Shown: piece after piece, positions 51,240-60,643 of the stretch | Layout of the letters: each line of letters starts with the position of its first letter | How positions within the stretch are numbered: the first letter of the stretch is position 1 | Assembly (NCBI GenBank): GCA_903860135.1 | Contig: CAIOPG010000007.1 | Span: 130,100-194,099, forward strand | DNA from: Candidatus Omnitrophota bacterium | GTDB taxonomy: Bacteria; Omnitrophota; Gorgyraeia; Zapsychrales; Fredricksoniimonadaceae | Length of the DNA: 64,000 nucleotides | Direction of reading: 5' to 3' | The notes under the pieces: model-generated | Told to the model about the DNA's origin: nothing | Databases searched by the model: none | The model's input: only the letters and a program-made list of their open reading frames with translations | Made by a program: the position numbers and the translations under genes

Positions 51240-51789
51240 AGTTGAAAAAGGCTTGGCCCTTAAGGTGGACAATGAAATCTGCACGATTGTGGATTTTAAT
51301 CATGTGAAACCCGGTAAGGGCAGTGCTTTTGTGCGTATCAAGCTGCGTTATGTGAAGAGTGGCTTTACCGTTGAGCGCACGTACCGTTCCGCTGAAATGC
51401 TCGAAGATGTCCCGTTGGATGAAAGAAAATTGCAGTATTTGTACAATGCCGACGGGATGTATCATTTCATGGATCAAACCACGTTTGAGGAACAAAGGGT
51501 TTCCAGTGAAGAGCTTGGTGAAAACGTAATAAAGTTCCTGCTGGACAATATGGAAATCAGCGGTTTTGTTTATCAAGACAAGATATTAAAGGTATCGTTG
51601 CCGAACTTTATTATCACCAAGATCCTCGAAACAGAGCCTGGTGTGAAGGGTGATTCGACCAAGTCCAACACCAAACCCGCCAAGATCGAGACGGGTGCAA
51701 CCATCCTCGTGCCGCTGTTCGTGAATGTCGATGAAGAGATCAAGATTGACACACGCAACGGGGAATACGTCGAAAGGGTGAAACGATGA
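51220..51789 (+). CDS. efp: elongation factor P
   Basis: VKPGKGSAFVRIKLR with the conserved Lys context; 189 aa; GTG start overlapping the peptidase gene 3' end. Confidence 0.9.
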   Translation: MSITINEVEKGLALKVDNEICTIVDFNHVKPGKGSAFVRIKLRYVKSGFTVERTYRSAEMLEDVPLDERKLQYLYNADGMYHFMDQTTFEEQRVSSEELGENVIKFLLDNMEISGFVYQDKILKVSLPNFIITKILETEPGVKGDSTKSNTKPAKIETGATILVPLFVNVDEEIKIDTRNGEYVERVKR

Positions 51790-52241
51790 ACCTTAAAGAA
51801 CTAAAAGAAATAGTCCAGCTTATGAATGAAAACGGGCTTGCGGAGCTCGAGCTCGAGCGCGAGGGGACGGTCATCAAGCTTAAAAAAACATCGGAACAGA
51901 CCATACAGCCGATGGCTTACAGCATCCCGGCGATCCCGTCGGGCAGGCCGGTAGCAGAGCCTGTTGTGGCGGTTTCTACGCCGCTACCGGCAGGGAATCT
52001 GAAGGATATCAAGTCCCCGATGGTGGGTACGTTTTACCGTGCGCCTTCGCCGGAATCTGCTTTGTTCGTGGAGATCGGTCAGGCGGTCGAGGTCGGGCAG
52101 GTAGTCTGTATTGTCGAAGCCATGAAACTCATGAACGAGATCAAGTCGGATGTCCGCGGAAAGATCGTCGAGCTTTGTGTGGATAATGCAGAGCCTGTCG
52201 AGTTTGGCCAGGTACTTTTTCGCGTGGATCCTGCGCAATAA
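51786..52241 (+). CDS. accB: biotin carboxyl carrier protein
   Basis: Biotinyl-lysine motif EAMKLMNEI; ATGA-coupled to efp. Confidence 0.88.
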   Translation: MNLKELKEIVQLMNENGLAELELEREGTVIKLKKTSEQTIQPMAYSIPAIPSGRPVAEPVVAVSTPLPAGNLKDIKSPMVGTFYRAPSPESALFVEIGQAVEVGQVVCIVEAMKLMNEIKSDVRGKIVELCVDNAEPVEFGQVLFRVDPAQ

Positions 52242-52265
52242 ATCAACCTCCAAAGAGACCTTCCT

Positions 52266-53615
52266 ATGTTCTCCAAGATTCTGATAGCTAACCGCGGAGA
52301 GATCGCCTTGCGTATTATCCGGGCCTGCAAGGAGCTTGGGATATCGACGGTCGCCGTATACTCGGAAGTCGACCGCGACTCCCTCCATGTGCGTTTTGCT
52401 GATGAGGCCGTTTGTATTGGCAAGGCGTCGAGTGCTGAAAGTTATCTGAACATCCCTGCTATTATTTCTGCGGCCGAGATCACGGATGTTGAAGCGATCC
52501 ATCCGGGTTACGGCTTTATGTCCGAGAACGCGCATTTTGCCGAGATCTGCGAATCCTGCAAGATCCAGTTCATCGGACCGACGCCGGAAACGATCCGTAT
52601 GATGGGTGACAAGATCATGGCCAAGGAAACGGCGCGCAAGGCCGGTGTTCCTTTGACACCCGGTGGCAAGGGCATTGTCAAGAGCCCGGAAGAGGCACTG
52701 GAGATCGCCAAGCAGATCAAATATCCTGTTATCATCAAGGCAACGGCGGGTGGCGGCGGCAAAGGGATGCGTGTGTGCCATAATGATGTCACCCTTGTTA
52801 ATTCGCTCAAGATGGCACAGGCAGAAGCCGAAGCGAATTTCAAGAATCCCAATGTTTACATCGAGCGTTATGTCACAGATCCGCGCCATGTTGAATTTCA
52901 GATTCTCGCGGATTATCATGGCAATATCATTCACCTGGGCGAGCGTGATTGCTCGGTTCAGCGGCGCCACCAGAAGTTGATCGAAGAATCACCATCTCCC
53001 GCGTTGAGCGAGAAATTGCGCAAAAAGATGGGCGAGGCGGCAGTCAAGTGCGCCAAGGCGGCCAATTATCGCGGGGTTGGCACCGTTGAATTTCTGCTCG
53101 ACAAGAATGAAGATTTTTTCTTTATGGAGATGAACACGCGTATCCAGGTCGAACATCCGGTTACCGAGATGGTGACAGGGCTTGACTTGATCAAGGAGCA
53201 GATCCGGGCCGCGGCGGGGATCAAGCTGAAACTCAAGCAGGAAGATGTGAAACTTCAGGGTCATTCCATTGAATGCCGTATCAACGCGGAAGACCCGGAT
53301 AACAACTTTGCCCCTTGTCCCGGAAAGATCGAGCAGTTGAATATCCCTGGCGGGCCCGGTGTCCGCGTCGATACGCATATTTATTCCGGTTACAAGATCA
53401 GCCCGTATTATGATTCCATGGTCGCTAAACTTATTGTCTATGGCCGCGACCGTGCCGAGGCGATCCGTATCATGCGCCGCGCGCTCGACGAGTTTTATAT
53501 TTCGCCGATCAAGACAACGATCCCTTTGCACATGCAGATCATGAATGATCCGTCATTTGTGCGCGGAGATATTTCCACGCATTTTCTTGAAAAGATGGCC
53601 AAGAGAGAAAATTAA
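52266..53615 (+). CDS. accC: biotin carboxylase
   Basis: ATP-grasp domain, 449 aa, containing GGGGKGMR and [14 protein letters not shown]. Confidence 0.95.
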   Translation: MFSKILIANRGEIALRIIRACKELGISTVAVYSEVDRDSLHVRFADEAVCIGKASSAESYLNIPAIISAAEITDVEAIHPGYGFMSENAHFAEICESCKIQFIGPTPETIRMMGDKIMAKETARKAGVPLTPGGKGIVKSPEEALEIAKQIKYPVIIKATAGGGGKGMRVCHNDVTLVNSLKMAQAEAEANFKNPNVYIERYVTDPRHVEFQILADYHGNIIHLGERDCSVQRRHQKLIEESPSPALSEKLRKKMGEAAVKCAKAANYRGVGTVEFLLDKNEDFFFMEMNTRIQVEHPVTEMVTGLDLIKEQIRAAAGIKLKLKQEDVKLQGHSIECRINAEDPDNNFAPCPGKIEQLNIPGGPGVRVDTHIYSGYKISPYYDSMVAKLIVYGRDRAEAIRIMRRALDEFYISPIKTTIPLHMQIMNDPSFVRGDISTHFLEKMAKREN

Positions 53616-53674
53616 ACGCGTGTTGATGGTTTGAGCCGTTCTATGGGCACATCATTTGGGTGAGGAGGGGAAAG

Positions 53675-54025
53675 ATGAGACCGGAAAGTGAGATCGATCT
53701 GGGGGTCATCCAGGTGCACAAGCGGGTGATCGCTGATATTTGCACCGCAGCCATTCTTGAGATCGACGGTGTGGTCATGTGCCGTCAGGCTTTTCTTGAG
53801 GATATTTACGGGCTGTGCGGTAAACACAAAAATTCTGCTGTGGATGTCCGTGTGGATGTGACCGGTCATGTCAGTGTTGTTGTTAGGGTTCTGGTGCGTT
53901 ACGGGCTTAACCTGGCGGATGTTTCACGCCGCATCCAGGATGCGGTCATGACAGCGGTAGAAAAAATGGCTGATATTAATCTCAGGGACGTTGATGTGAA
54001 CATCCAGGGCATTGAAAGGGGTTAA
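53675..54025 (+). CDS. Asp23/Gls24-family (alkaline shock protein) envelope stress protein
   Basis: About 115 aa, typical Asp23 length, immediately upstream of an AmaP-like gene. ATG 53675 lies 5-7 nt after the GAGGAGGGG SD; the track starts at GTG 53660. Confidence 0.7.
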   Translation: MRPESEIDLGVIQVHKRVIADICTAAILEIDGVVMCRQAFLEDIYGLCGKHKNSAVDVRVDVTGHVSVVVRVLVRYGLNLADVSRRIQDAVMTAVEKMADINLRDVDVNIQGIERG

Positions 54026-54028
54026 TGT

Positions 54029-54631
54029 ATGCGGCTTTTTATCCGGTTGGCGATCTTCTTTTATATTGTTGTGATCTGTGTTGTTGCGTTAACGGCATTG
54101 CTTGTTCTGGCACATGCGGTTGATTTTAATCAGTACCTTGATTTCTTGGAATTCATTTATTTGGGCGGAAAAGTCAGAATGATTTCTATTGGCATTGTAA
54201 CCGTTACAATGTTGCTGGGGATAGCGTTTGCGCTTATTATTTATGCCGGTCAGGAAAAGGAAAGCATCATACATTTTGATAATCCTTTAGGCCGGGTAAC
54301 CATTTCTCTTGCGGCTTTGGAAGATCTGATCCGCCGGCTGGGCGTGCATATGCCCCAGGTCAAGGAGATCCGGCCGGACATTGTGGCGACGAAAAAGGGG
54401 CTCGATATTGATATCCGGCTGGTGTTGAGTTCCGTCGGGAATATTCCTGAAATGACCGCCAATATGCAGGATATCATCAAGCGCCGGATCCAGGATGTGA
54501 TCGGCAGTGAAGAGCGTATCAATATCCGTGTTCATGTTGTCAAGATCGCACCTGAAAACTCCGCCCGGACATCCGGTCGTGCTGATGATGAGGTTGTGAG
54601 TCCGCTGCCCTTCCATGGTTACAGGAGTTGA
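54029..54631 (+). CDS. AmaP-like membrane anchor protein (partner of Asp23)
   Basis: Two N-terminal TM helices followed by a soluble domain, in the conserved Asp23-AmaP arrangement. Confidence 0.6.
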   Translation: MRLFIRLAIFFYIVVICVVALTALLVLAHAVDFNQYLDFLEFIYLGGKVRMISIGIVTVTMLLGIAFALIIYAGQEKESIIHFDNPLGRVTISLAALEDLIRRLGVHMPQVKEIRPDIVATKKGLDIDIRLVLSSVGNIPEMTANMQDIIKRRIQDVIGSEERINIRVHVVKIAPENSARTSGRADDEVVSPLPFHGYRS

Positions 54632-54632
54632 C

Positions 54633-55652
54633 ATGAAAAAGATCGGGATACTTACCGGCGGGGCTGATTGCCCCGGGCTTAATGCGGTGATCCGTGCCGT
54701 TGTTTATAAGGGGATGCAGGAGGGCTACGTCATCACCGGCATCAAGAACGGCTGGCAGGGGCTGATCGACAATGATGCGCGGGTGCTGGATGCGCGCGCT
54801 GTATTTGGCATATTAGATCGCGGCGGCACGATCTTGGGCACCAGCCGTGTTGATCCTTTTGAAAATCCCGAAGGTGTCGAGAAGATCCGTGAAAATTACA
54901 AGCGTAATGGCATGGATGCGGTTATCGCTGTCGGCGGAGAGGTGACACTGGGCATCGCACTTCAGCTTCAGAAGCAGGGGGTTATCAAGGTTGTAGGCAT
55001 TCCCAAGTCTATCGACAATGCTCTTTCAGGTACAGATTATGCGTTCGGATTTGACACGGCGGTCCAGATCGCTACGGAACAGATCGACCGGCTGCACACG
55101 ACCGCGGAAAGCCATCACCGCATCATGGTCATCGAGGTCATGGGCCAGCACACCGGCTGGATCGCTGTTGAGGCCGGACTTGCCGGCGGAGCTGATGTTA
55201 TTCTCATTCCCGAGATCCCTGTGGATATTGCCAGTGTCTGTGAAGCTATCCGTAACCGGCATCGCCGGGGGAAATCTTTTTCGATCGTTGTTGTAGCCGA
55301 AGGCGCGCGCATTGATGTCCCGGGAGTTGTTGTGGAAGGGCCGGAAAAGCGCCGGTTCGGAAGCGTGGGGGAGCGTTTGGCCAAGGCGATCGAAGATATG
55401 ACCGGCTATGAAACGCGTGTTAGTGTTTTGGGGTATATTCAGCGTGGGGGCTCACCGACAGCGTTCGACCGCATTCTGGGCACACGCTTCGGTGTCAAGG
55501 CGGTTGAGCTTGTTAAGCAAGGCAAATTTGGGCAGATGGTCAGTTATCAGAACAACAAGATATGTTCGGTGGATATGGAGATCCCGGTAGCCAAGCGCAA
55601 GTTTGTGGATATGGATCTTTATCAGATCGCTAAAGTCTTTTGTGCGGAGTAG
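54633..55652 (+). CDS. pfkA: 6-phosphofructokinase
   Basis: IGILTGGADCPGLNAVIRAVV, GGEVTLG and MGQHTGWIA motifs, 340 aa. Confidence 0.9.
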   Translation: MKKIGILTGGADCPGLNAVIRAVVYKGMQEGYVITGIKNGWQGLIDNDARVLDARAVFGILDRGGTILGTSRVDPFENPEGVEKIRENYKRNGMDAVIAVGGEVTLGIALQLQKQGVIKVVGIPKSIDNALSGTDYAFGFDTAVQIATEQIDRLHTTAESHHRIMVIEVMGQHTGWIAVEAGLAGGADVILIPEIPVDIASVCEAIRNRHRRGKSFSIVVVAEGARIDVPGVVVEGPEKRRFGSVGERLAKAIEDMTGYETRVSVLGYIQRGGSPTAFDRILGTRFGVKAVELVKQGKFGQMVSYQNNKICSVDMEIPVAKRKFVDMDLYQIAKVFCAE

Positions 55653-55657
55653 ATGCT

Positions 55658-56227
55658 GTGCAGGATAGAATTCGTTCGATCATAGAAAGCTCGATGGCGG
55701 TGCAACAGCAGGCGATGGAGCGCAACGTGGCCGTGATCGAGAAGATCGCCAAGACCAGCATCAGCTGTCTTAAAAATGGCGGAACGCTTTTCTTTTTTGG
55801 TAACGGCGGTTCTGCGGCTGATAGTCAGCATGTGGCGGCTGAATTTATTGGACGTTTTCAAAAGGAACGCCGGGCTCTGGCGGCTATGGCGTTAACCACA
55901 GACACATCTGTTTTAACCTGCTTGGCCAATGATTACAGCTATGATATTGTTTTTTCCCGTCAGCTGGAAGCTTATGGTAAAAAGGGTGATATGGCTTTTG
56001 GCATATCGACCAGCGGCAAGTCTCCCAATGTTCTTAAAGCCTTCGCGGCCGCCAAGGCCATGGGGATTACGCGCGTTGCTTTCACCGGAGGGGATGGTGG
56101 CTCGGCGGCTATCGCGGCAGACATGAGCATTATCGTTCCTTCTAAGGTGACGGCGCGTATCCAAGAAGCCCACATCACAATTTTTCACGCCATTTGCGAG
56201 GTCGTGGAAGATGCCTTTGTCGCATGA
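55658..56227 (+). CDS. gmhA: D-sedoheptulose-7-phosphate isomerase (SIS domain)
   Basis: FFFGNGGSAADSQHVAAEF...GISTSGKSPNV...ITRVAFTG. GTG 55658 is preferred over the track's TTG 55640, which overlaps pfkA. Confidence 0.85.
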   Translation: MQDRIRSIIESSMAVQQQAMERNVAVIEKIAKTSISCLKNGGTLFFFGNGGSAADSQHVAAEFIGRFQKERRALAAMALTTDTSVLTCLANDYSYDIVFSRQLEAYGKKGDMAFGISTSGKSPNVLKAFAAAKAMGITRVAFTGGDGGSAAIAADMSIIVPSKVTARIQEAHITIFHAICEVVEDAFVA

Positions 56228-56715
56228 CCACACGGCATAAAGTTCTAAAGCTGTCCGCCCTCTCTCGCAAATTAACTGCTTTGCGCCGTGAGGGCCGCGT
56301 CATTGCTTTTACCAACGGTTGTTTTGATATTTTGCATTACGGGCATGTCAGTTATCTGGAAGCGGCCAAAAGAAAAGATCGTATCCTTGTTGTCGGGATG
56401 AACAGTGATGCGTCTGTACGGGGCCTAAAAGGACCGGAGCGTCCGATTGTTCCTCAGGATCAGCGTGCGGCGGTCTTGGCTGGCTTGGCCTGTGTGGATT
56501 TCGTTGTCCTCTTTGAGGATCCTACACCTTATGCCCTTATCAAGGCCATCGGGCCGGACATCCTCCTTAAAGGCGCTGACTGGAAGGGCAAGGAAGTGGC
56601 CGGAAGCGATGTTGTCAAAGCCCGGGGTGGGCGTGTCGAGTTTGTGACTTTTGTTGCGCGGCTTTCGACGACGAATATTGTTGAGAAGATCCGTCAACAG
56701 TACCGTGCTGTATGA
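56224..56715 (+). CDS. D-beta-D-heptose-1-phosphate adenylyltransferase (RfaE domain II / HldE C-terminal domain only)
   Basis: Cytidylyltransferase fold with FTNGCFDILHYGHVSYLEAAK...RILVVGMNSD. ATGA overlap with gmhA; no kinase domain attached. Confidence 0.85.
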   Translation: MTTRHKVLKLSALSRKLTALRREGRVIAFTNGCFDILHYGHVSYLEAAKRKDRILVVGMNSDASVRGLKGPERPIVPQDQRAAVLAGLACVDFVVLFEDPTPYALIKAIGPDILLKGADWKGKEVAGSDVVKARGGRVEFVTFVARLSTTNIVEKIRQQYRAV

Positions 56716-57137
56716 GTGACGCCAAGGTCAGGCGTCTGGTTGACGCCAATTATAATCGTGCCAAAGAAGGCCTGCGGGTTTGCGAGGACGTTTTTCGTTT
56801 CATTTGTGATGATGGTGCGGTGACGGCCCATTTGAAAGAAGTGCGTCACGGGTTAACCTCTGCGGCAAATTTCTTCGGATTCAAGGATGTTTTGGCCGCG
56901 CGAGATATTGTCAGGGATGTGGGGCGGGCGACCATGGCACGCGAGTCTGTGCGCGACAGCGTTGAGGACATCTTTTTTGCCAATATCCAGCGGGTGAAAG
57001 AATCGCTCCGGGTGCTTGAAGAATTTTCGAAGCTGAATAACGCGCAGTCAGCGATCGCGTTCAAGGAATTGCGGTATACCGTCTATGAAATCGAAAAAGA
57101 TGCGCTTGAAAGATTCCAGTCTTTACCTTGTCCTTGA
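56712..57137 (+). CDS. hypothetical 141-aa helical protein overlapping the thiE start in the +1 frame
   Basis: ATGA-coupled to the upstream gene; its 3' 53 nt overlap thiE. No recognisable motif. Confidence 0.5.
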   Translation: MSDAKVRRLVDANYNRAKEGLRVCEDVFRFICDDGAVTAHLKEVRHGLTSAANFFGFKDVLAARDIVRDVGRATMARESVRDSVEDIFFANIQRVKESLRVLEEFSKLNNAQSAIAFKELRYTVYEIEKDALERFQSLPCP

Positions 57138-57726
57138 TACGGGCGTTTGTGATTATCCGAAGCTCTGGGAGGTTTTTCAGGCTGGGGTCAACAACGGGGT
57201 TGACATTGTACAGCTTCGTGATAAATTGGGGAATGTTCCGCAAGCGCTGGAATTCACCCGGCGTGCCCGGTGTTATTTGAAAAAGGCTGTACCTTTCATT
57301 GTGAATGACCGTGCCGATCTGGCGTATGCTGGCGGGGCTTGCGGTGTTCACGTTGGTCAGGATGATCTTCCGGTGGCGGCGGCAAGAAAAATGTTGCCGC
57401 GTTCTTTTTTGGTTGGGAAATCCTGTCAGACTTTGGCGCATCTGCAAGAAGCTGAGCGCGAAGGTGCTGATTACGCCGGATTTGGTTCGGTGTTCAAGAC
57501 CAAAACCAAGCCAGAGAGGCTGCCGATGGATCTGGGGTTCCTCCGTGAGGTAGCCGGCGCGGCGCGGTTACCGGTATTTGCCATCGGGGGTATTACGATC
57601 GACAACATTGATCTTGTGTTGGCTCAGGGTATTAAGCGGGTGGCGGTTTGTCGCGCGATCCTTTTGGCGCGCGATCCGGCACAAATTGTCAGGGAATTCA
57701 AGAAAGCCTTGATGGTTGAGCGTTGA
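57085..57726 (+). CDS. thiE: thiamine-phosphate synthase
   Basis: LYLVLD N-terminal motif, VDIVQLRDK, IVNDRADLA and a GADYAGFGSVFKTKTK phosphate-binding region; 213 aa. Confidence 0.88.
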   Translation: MKSKKMRLKDSSLYLVLDTGVCDYPKLWEVFQAGVNNGVDIVQLRDKLGNVPQALEFTRRARCYLKKAVPFIVNDRADLAYAGGACGVHVGQDDLPVAAARKMLPRSFLVGKSCQTLAHLQEAEREGADYAGFGSVFKTKTKPERLPMDLGFLREVAGAARLPVFAIGGITIDNIDLVLAQGIKRVAVCRAILLARDPAQIVREFKKALMVER

Positions 57727-57739
57727 TAATGATATTTAT

Positions 57740-57813
<74 letters not shown>

Positions 57814-57821
57814 ATTTTAAA

Positions 57822-58502
57822 ATGGTCTTTAATATCCTAAAAATACTTGGGCATATTTTTTGTTTCGGAGCCGTCTTGATGCTGACGGGTTGCGCGGCGC
57901 ATAAATTATCGCCGCCGGGTGTTCCCCCAATACTTGTAGAAAAGAAAAGTATCCAGCATAAGGTTCGCAAAGGTGAGACGCTGTGGCGTATCGCCAAAAC
58001 GTACAAGGTGCCTGTTGAGGATATTACTCTTGCCAATGGCATTCCCAATGCCGCTTCCATCGAAGAGAATCAGCTTATATATATTCCGGGAGCCGACCGT
58101 ATCCTTGAGGTTCCTGTTCCCGCGCCTGCGGATAATGATGCCGATTATGCCTGGCCTATCAAAGGGAAGGTAATAGCGTATTTTCAAGAACGCAAAGGGC
58201 TGGGGGTTAACGATGGCATTGATGTGAGTGCGGTCGAGGGCGAGTTTGTGAAGGCGGCGCGTTCGGGGCGTGTGGTCTTTGCGGATCATTTGCCGGGGTA
58301 TGGCGCCACGGTCATCCTTGATCATGGGGATGGCTTCTCGACGGTATACGGGCACAATGCCAGGATCACGGTCAATCTTGGCGATGCCGTTTCCCGGGGC
58401 GACAAGATTGCTCAGGTCGCGCGTGAGGGGGATTCGGTGTATGTTCATTTTGAAGTGCGTAAAGGGGAGAAGGCAACAAACCCCCTGTACTATCTGCCAT
58501 AA
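57822..58502 (+). CDS. LysM plus M23 peptidase lipoprotein (NlpD/murein hydrolase activator-like)
   Basis: Lipobox LMLTGC, LysM (HKVRKGETLWRIAKTYKVPVEDI), M23 (ILDHGDGFSTVYGHN...VHFEVRKG). The track ORF begins at 57762 inside the tRNA, so ATG 57822 is used. Confidence 0.82.
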   Translation: MVFNILKILGHIFCFGAVLMLTGCAAHKLSPPGVPPILVEKKSIQHKVRKGETLWRIAKTYKVPVEDITLANGIPNAASIEENQLIYIPGADRILEVPVPAPADNDADYAWPIKGKVIAYFQERKGLGVNDGIDVSAVEGEFVKAARSGRVVFADHLPGYGATVILDHGDGFSTVYGHNARITVNLGDAVSRGDKIAQVAREGDSVYVHFEVRKGEKATNPLYYLP

Positions 58503-58541
58503 GTTTTCTGAGGGAGAAGGTTTTTCAACCGGAGTTTATTT

Positions 58542-60161
58542 ATGGATCATTTTTGCGGCAGGAAAGATGTTCTGGATCTTATTTGCAAGCGCGTCAGCGG
58601 CTTGAAAGAGGGGTACCGCCAGAATCTGGCTTTGGTGGGCAGCCGGCATATCGGCAAAAGTTCCATTCTTCTGAAATTTCTCAATGACTTCGACGATTGC
58701 GGGGTCGTTCCGGTGTATCTTGACCTGGAAGGTCGGGATCTTCATTATTTTGTATCCAAGACAGCGCGGAGTATTCTTTTTCGTTATGCCAAAATGCGCG
58801 GCATTACCGTAGAAGATGACCTTGCTTCATTGGTTCGGAGTGTGCGCACGCATATTCCGCGCACGGCTGACGGCGCGCTGGCGGCGATGGATTTTCTTGA
58901 AAAAGGCAAGATGGAAGAGGGCTACAAGGCGGTTCTTTTGTTGCCGGATATCCTTGCCCAGGAAGCCGGCCTTGCCTGTGTTTTTATTCTTGAGGAATTT
59001 CATGAGATCGATGCGTTTGGCGTTAATGAGGCGTTCGGGATCCTGGCCGACGTGATAACGACCCAAAAGGGATGCCTTTTTATTATTACAAGTTCTTGTG
59101 AGGATGCGGCCAGAAGAATTCTGGCGGACAAGCTGACCCTTTTGTTTGGGAATTTTGAGATCGTGATGGTCACCCCTTTTGATCTGAAGGCCAGCCATCA
59201 TTTCATTGAATGCCGGATGGCTGATGTGAGGATGGGGCTTCATTTACGTAATTTTCTTGCTGATTTTACCGGCGGGCGCCCGTTGTACCTCGACCTGCTT
59301 ATGCGTGAGCTTATCAATCTCGGAGCTATTTATAAACAGCAGGAAATTTATGTCCCGCTGGTTGTTCAGGCGGTTGAGAACCTCGTCTTTAGCCGCTGGG
59401 GTGCTTTAAGCCGGCACTTTGAGCTCATGGTCGATCATCTGTGTGCTGTCCGCGCCAATCGTGCGGCGGTGGATGTGCTTTTTGCCCTGGCCAATGGGGT
59501 ACACAAGATCAACGATATGGTGGTTTTGCTGGGGGCCAAACGGGGGCATGTTATCAAGAAATTGAATGAATTGGTGGCACAGGATGTGGTAGAGCGCAAT
59601 GGGACGTATTTCTTGATTAAGGACAAGCTTTTCCGTTATTGGATCAAATATGTGCTTCAGCGTCGTGTAAGATCGGTGGACATGGAACCGTTTGCCCAAA
59701 TCAGGCCGTTCAAAGATGAGGTTAACCGCGCGATCAATGATTTTCTGGCGACATCACGTAAGGATTTTTCTGCCCGGATGACGGAGCTTGTACGGTGTTT
59801 TGAAAATGAAGTGCTGACACTCAGGGGGAATCTTTATAAACTGCCTGTCTTTAGGGATGTCAAGGCGCTCAAGATCAAAAGCCGCGGAGGGAATAGTTTT
59901 GATGCCCTTGAGGCGCAGAGTGAGGATGGTCCATGGCTGCTGGTCTTGCGCAAAGACCGGGTTGCCGAGGGAGACATTCACGCGGTGGCCGAGGAGGCCC
60001 GCAAAATGGGCATTCATTCCCGGCGGTGCGTGATCGTTTCACTGGCAGAGCTTGAGGACAGCGCGCGGTTAAGGGCACTTGAAGAGCGTATGTGGATATG
60101 GAATGAAGCGGAGCTTAATTCGCTGACGAATCTCTATGATAAACCCTATATCGTGCCATGA
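58542..60161 (+). CDS. Arch_ATPase-type (PF01637-like) AAA ATPase with a DUF234-like C-terminal domain
   Basis: FCGRKDVLDLI...LALVGSRHIGKSSIL Walker A and a C-terminal YFLIKDKLFRYWIKYV motif, 539 aa. Confidence 0.7.
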   Translation: MDHFCGRKDVLDLICKRVSGLKEGYRQNLALVGSRHIGKSSILLKFLNDFDDCGVVPVYLDLEGRDLHYFVSKTARSILFRYAKMRGITVEDDLASLVRSVRTHIPRTADGALAAMDFLEKGKMEEGYKAVLLLPDILAQEAGLACVFILEEFHEIDAFGVNEAFGILADVITTQKGCLFIITSSCEDAARRILADKLTLLFGNFEIVMVTPFDLKASHHFIECRMADVRMGLHLRNFLADFTGGRPLYLDLLMRELINLGAIYKQQEIYVPLVVQAVENLVFSRWGALSRHFELMVDHLCAVRANRAAVDVLFALANGVHKINDMVVLLGAKRGHVIKKLNELVAQDVVERNGTYFLIKDKLFRYWIKYVLQRRVRSVDMEPFAQIRPFKDEVNRAINDFLATSRKDFSARMTELVRCFENEVLTLRGNLYKLPVFRDVKALKIKSRGGNSFDALEAQSEDGPWLLVLRKDRVAEGDIHAVAEEARKMGIHSRRCVIVSLAELEDSARLRALEERMWIWNEAELNSLTNLYDKPYIVP

Positions 60162-60643
60162 AGATCATAGTTCTCGCCGACACTCATTCCCGTCCGTTGC
60201 CCGGTCAGTTGATAGCGGATATGGAGCGTGCTGATATGATCGTTCATGCGGGGGATTTTTGTGAAGCGGATGTGTATTTCCGCCTTAAGAAGATCAAGGG
60301 GATACGCGCTGTTTATGGCAATATGGACAGTGTTGCGTTGCGGGGGATTTTGCCGCAACGCGATGTTTTTGAGTGCGGCGGGGTGAAGTTCGGCCTGGCG
60401 CACGGCGAAGGCAGTTACGACATGATCATCCCGCGTCTTGAAGAAAGCTTCAAAGGGCAGGGTCTGCAGGTCGTGGTCTTTGGGCATTCACATGTGCCGT
60501 TCAACGCGCAGGTGGGGGGCATCCTTTTCTTTAATCCGGGCAGTCCGACGGATACGGTGCGTTCGCCCTATTTATCATACGGCGTGATCGAGGCGTCGGA
60601 GGGGAAGGTCAAGGCCAGGATTGTTAAGATAATAAGTTCATGA
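60158..60643 (+). CDS. YfcE/MJ0936-family metallophosphoesterase
   Basis: IVLADTHS...VHAGDF...GNMD...FGHSHV calcineurin-like motifs, 161 aa, with ATGA overlaps on both sides. Confidence 0.8.
   Translation: MKIIVLADTHSRPLPGQLIADMERADMIVHAGDFCEADVYFRLKKIKGIRAVYGNMDSVALRGILPQRDVFECGGVKFGLAHGEGSYDMIIPRLEESFKGQGLQVVVFGHSHVPFNAQVGGILFFNPGSPTDTVRSPYLSYGVIEASEGKVKARIVKIISS

Noticed and set aside
51984-52970. 328-aa minus-strand ORF
   Set aside because: Antisense to accB and accC, both of which carry unmistakable conserved motifs on the + strand.
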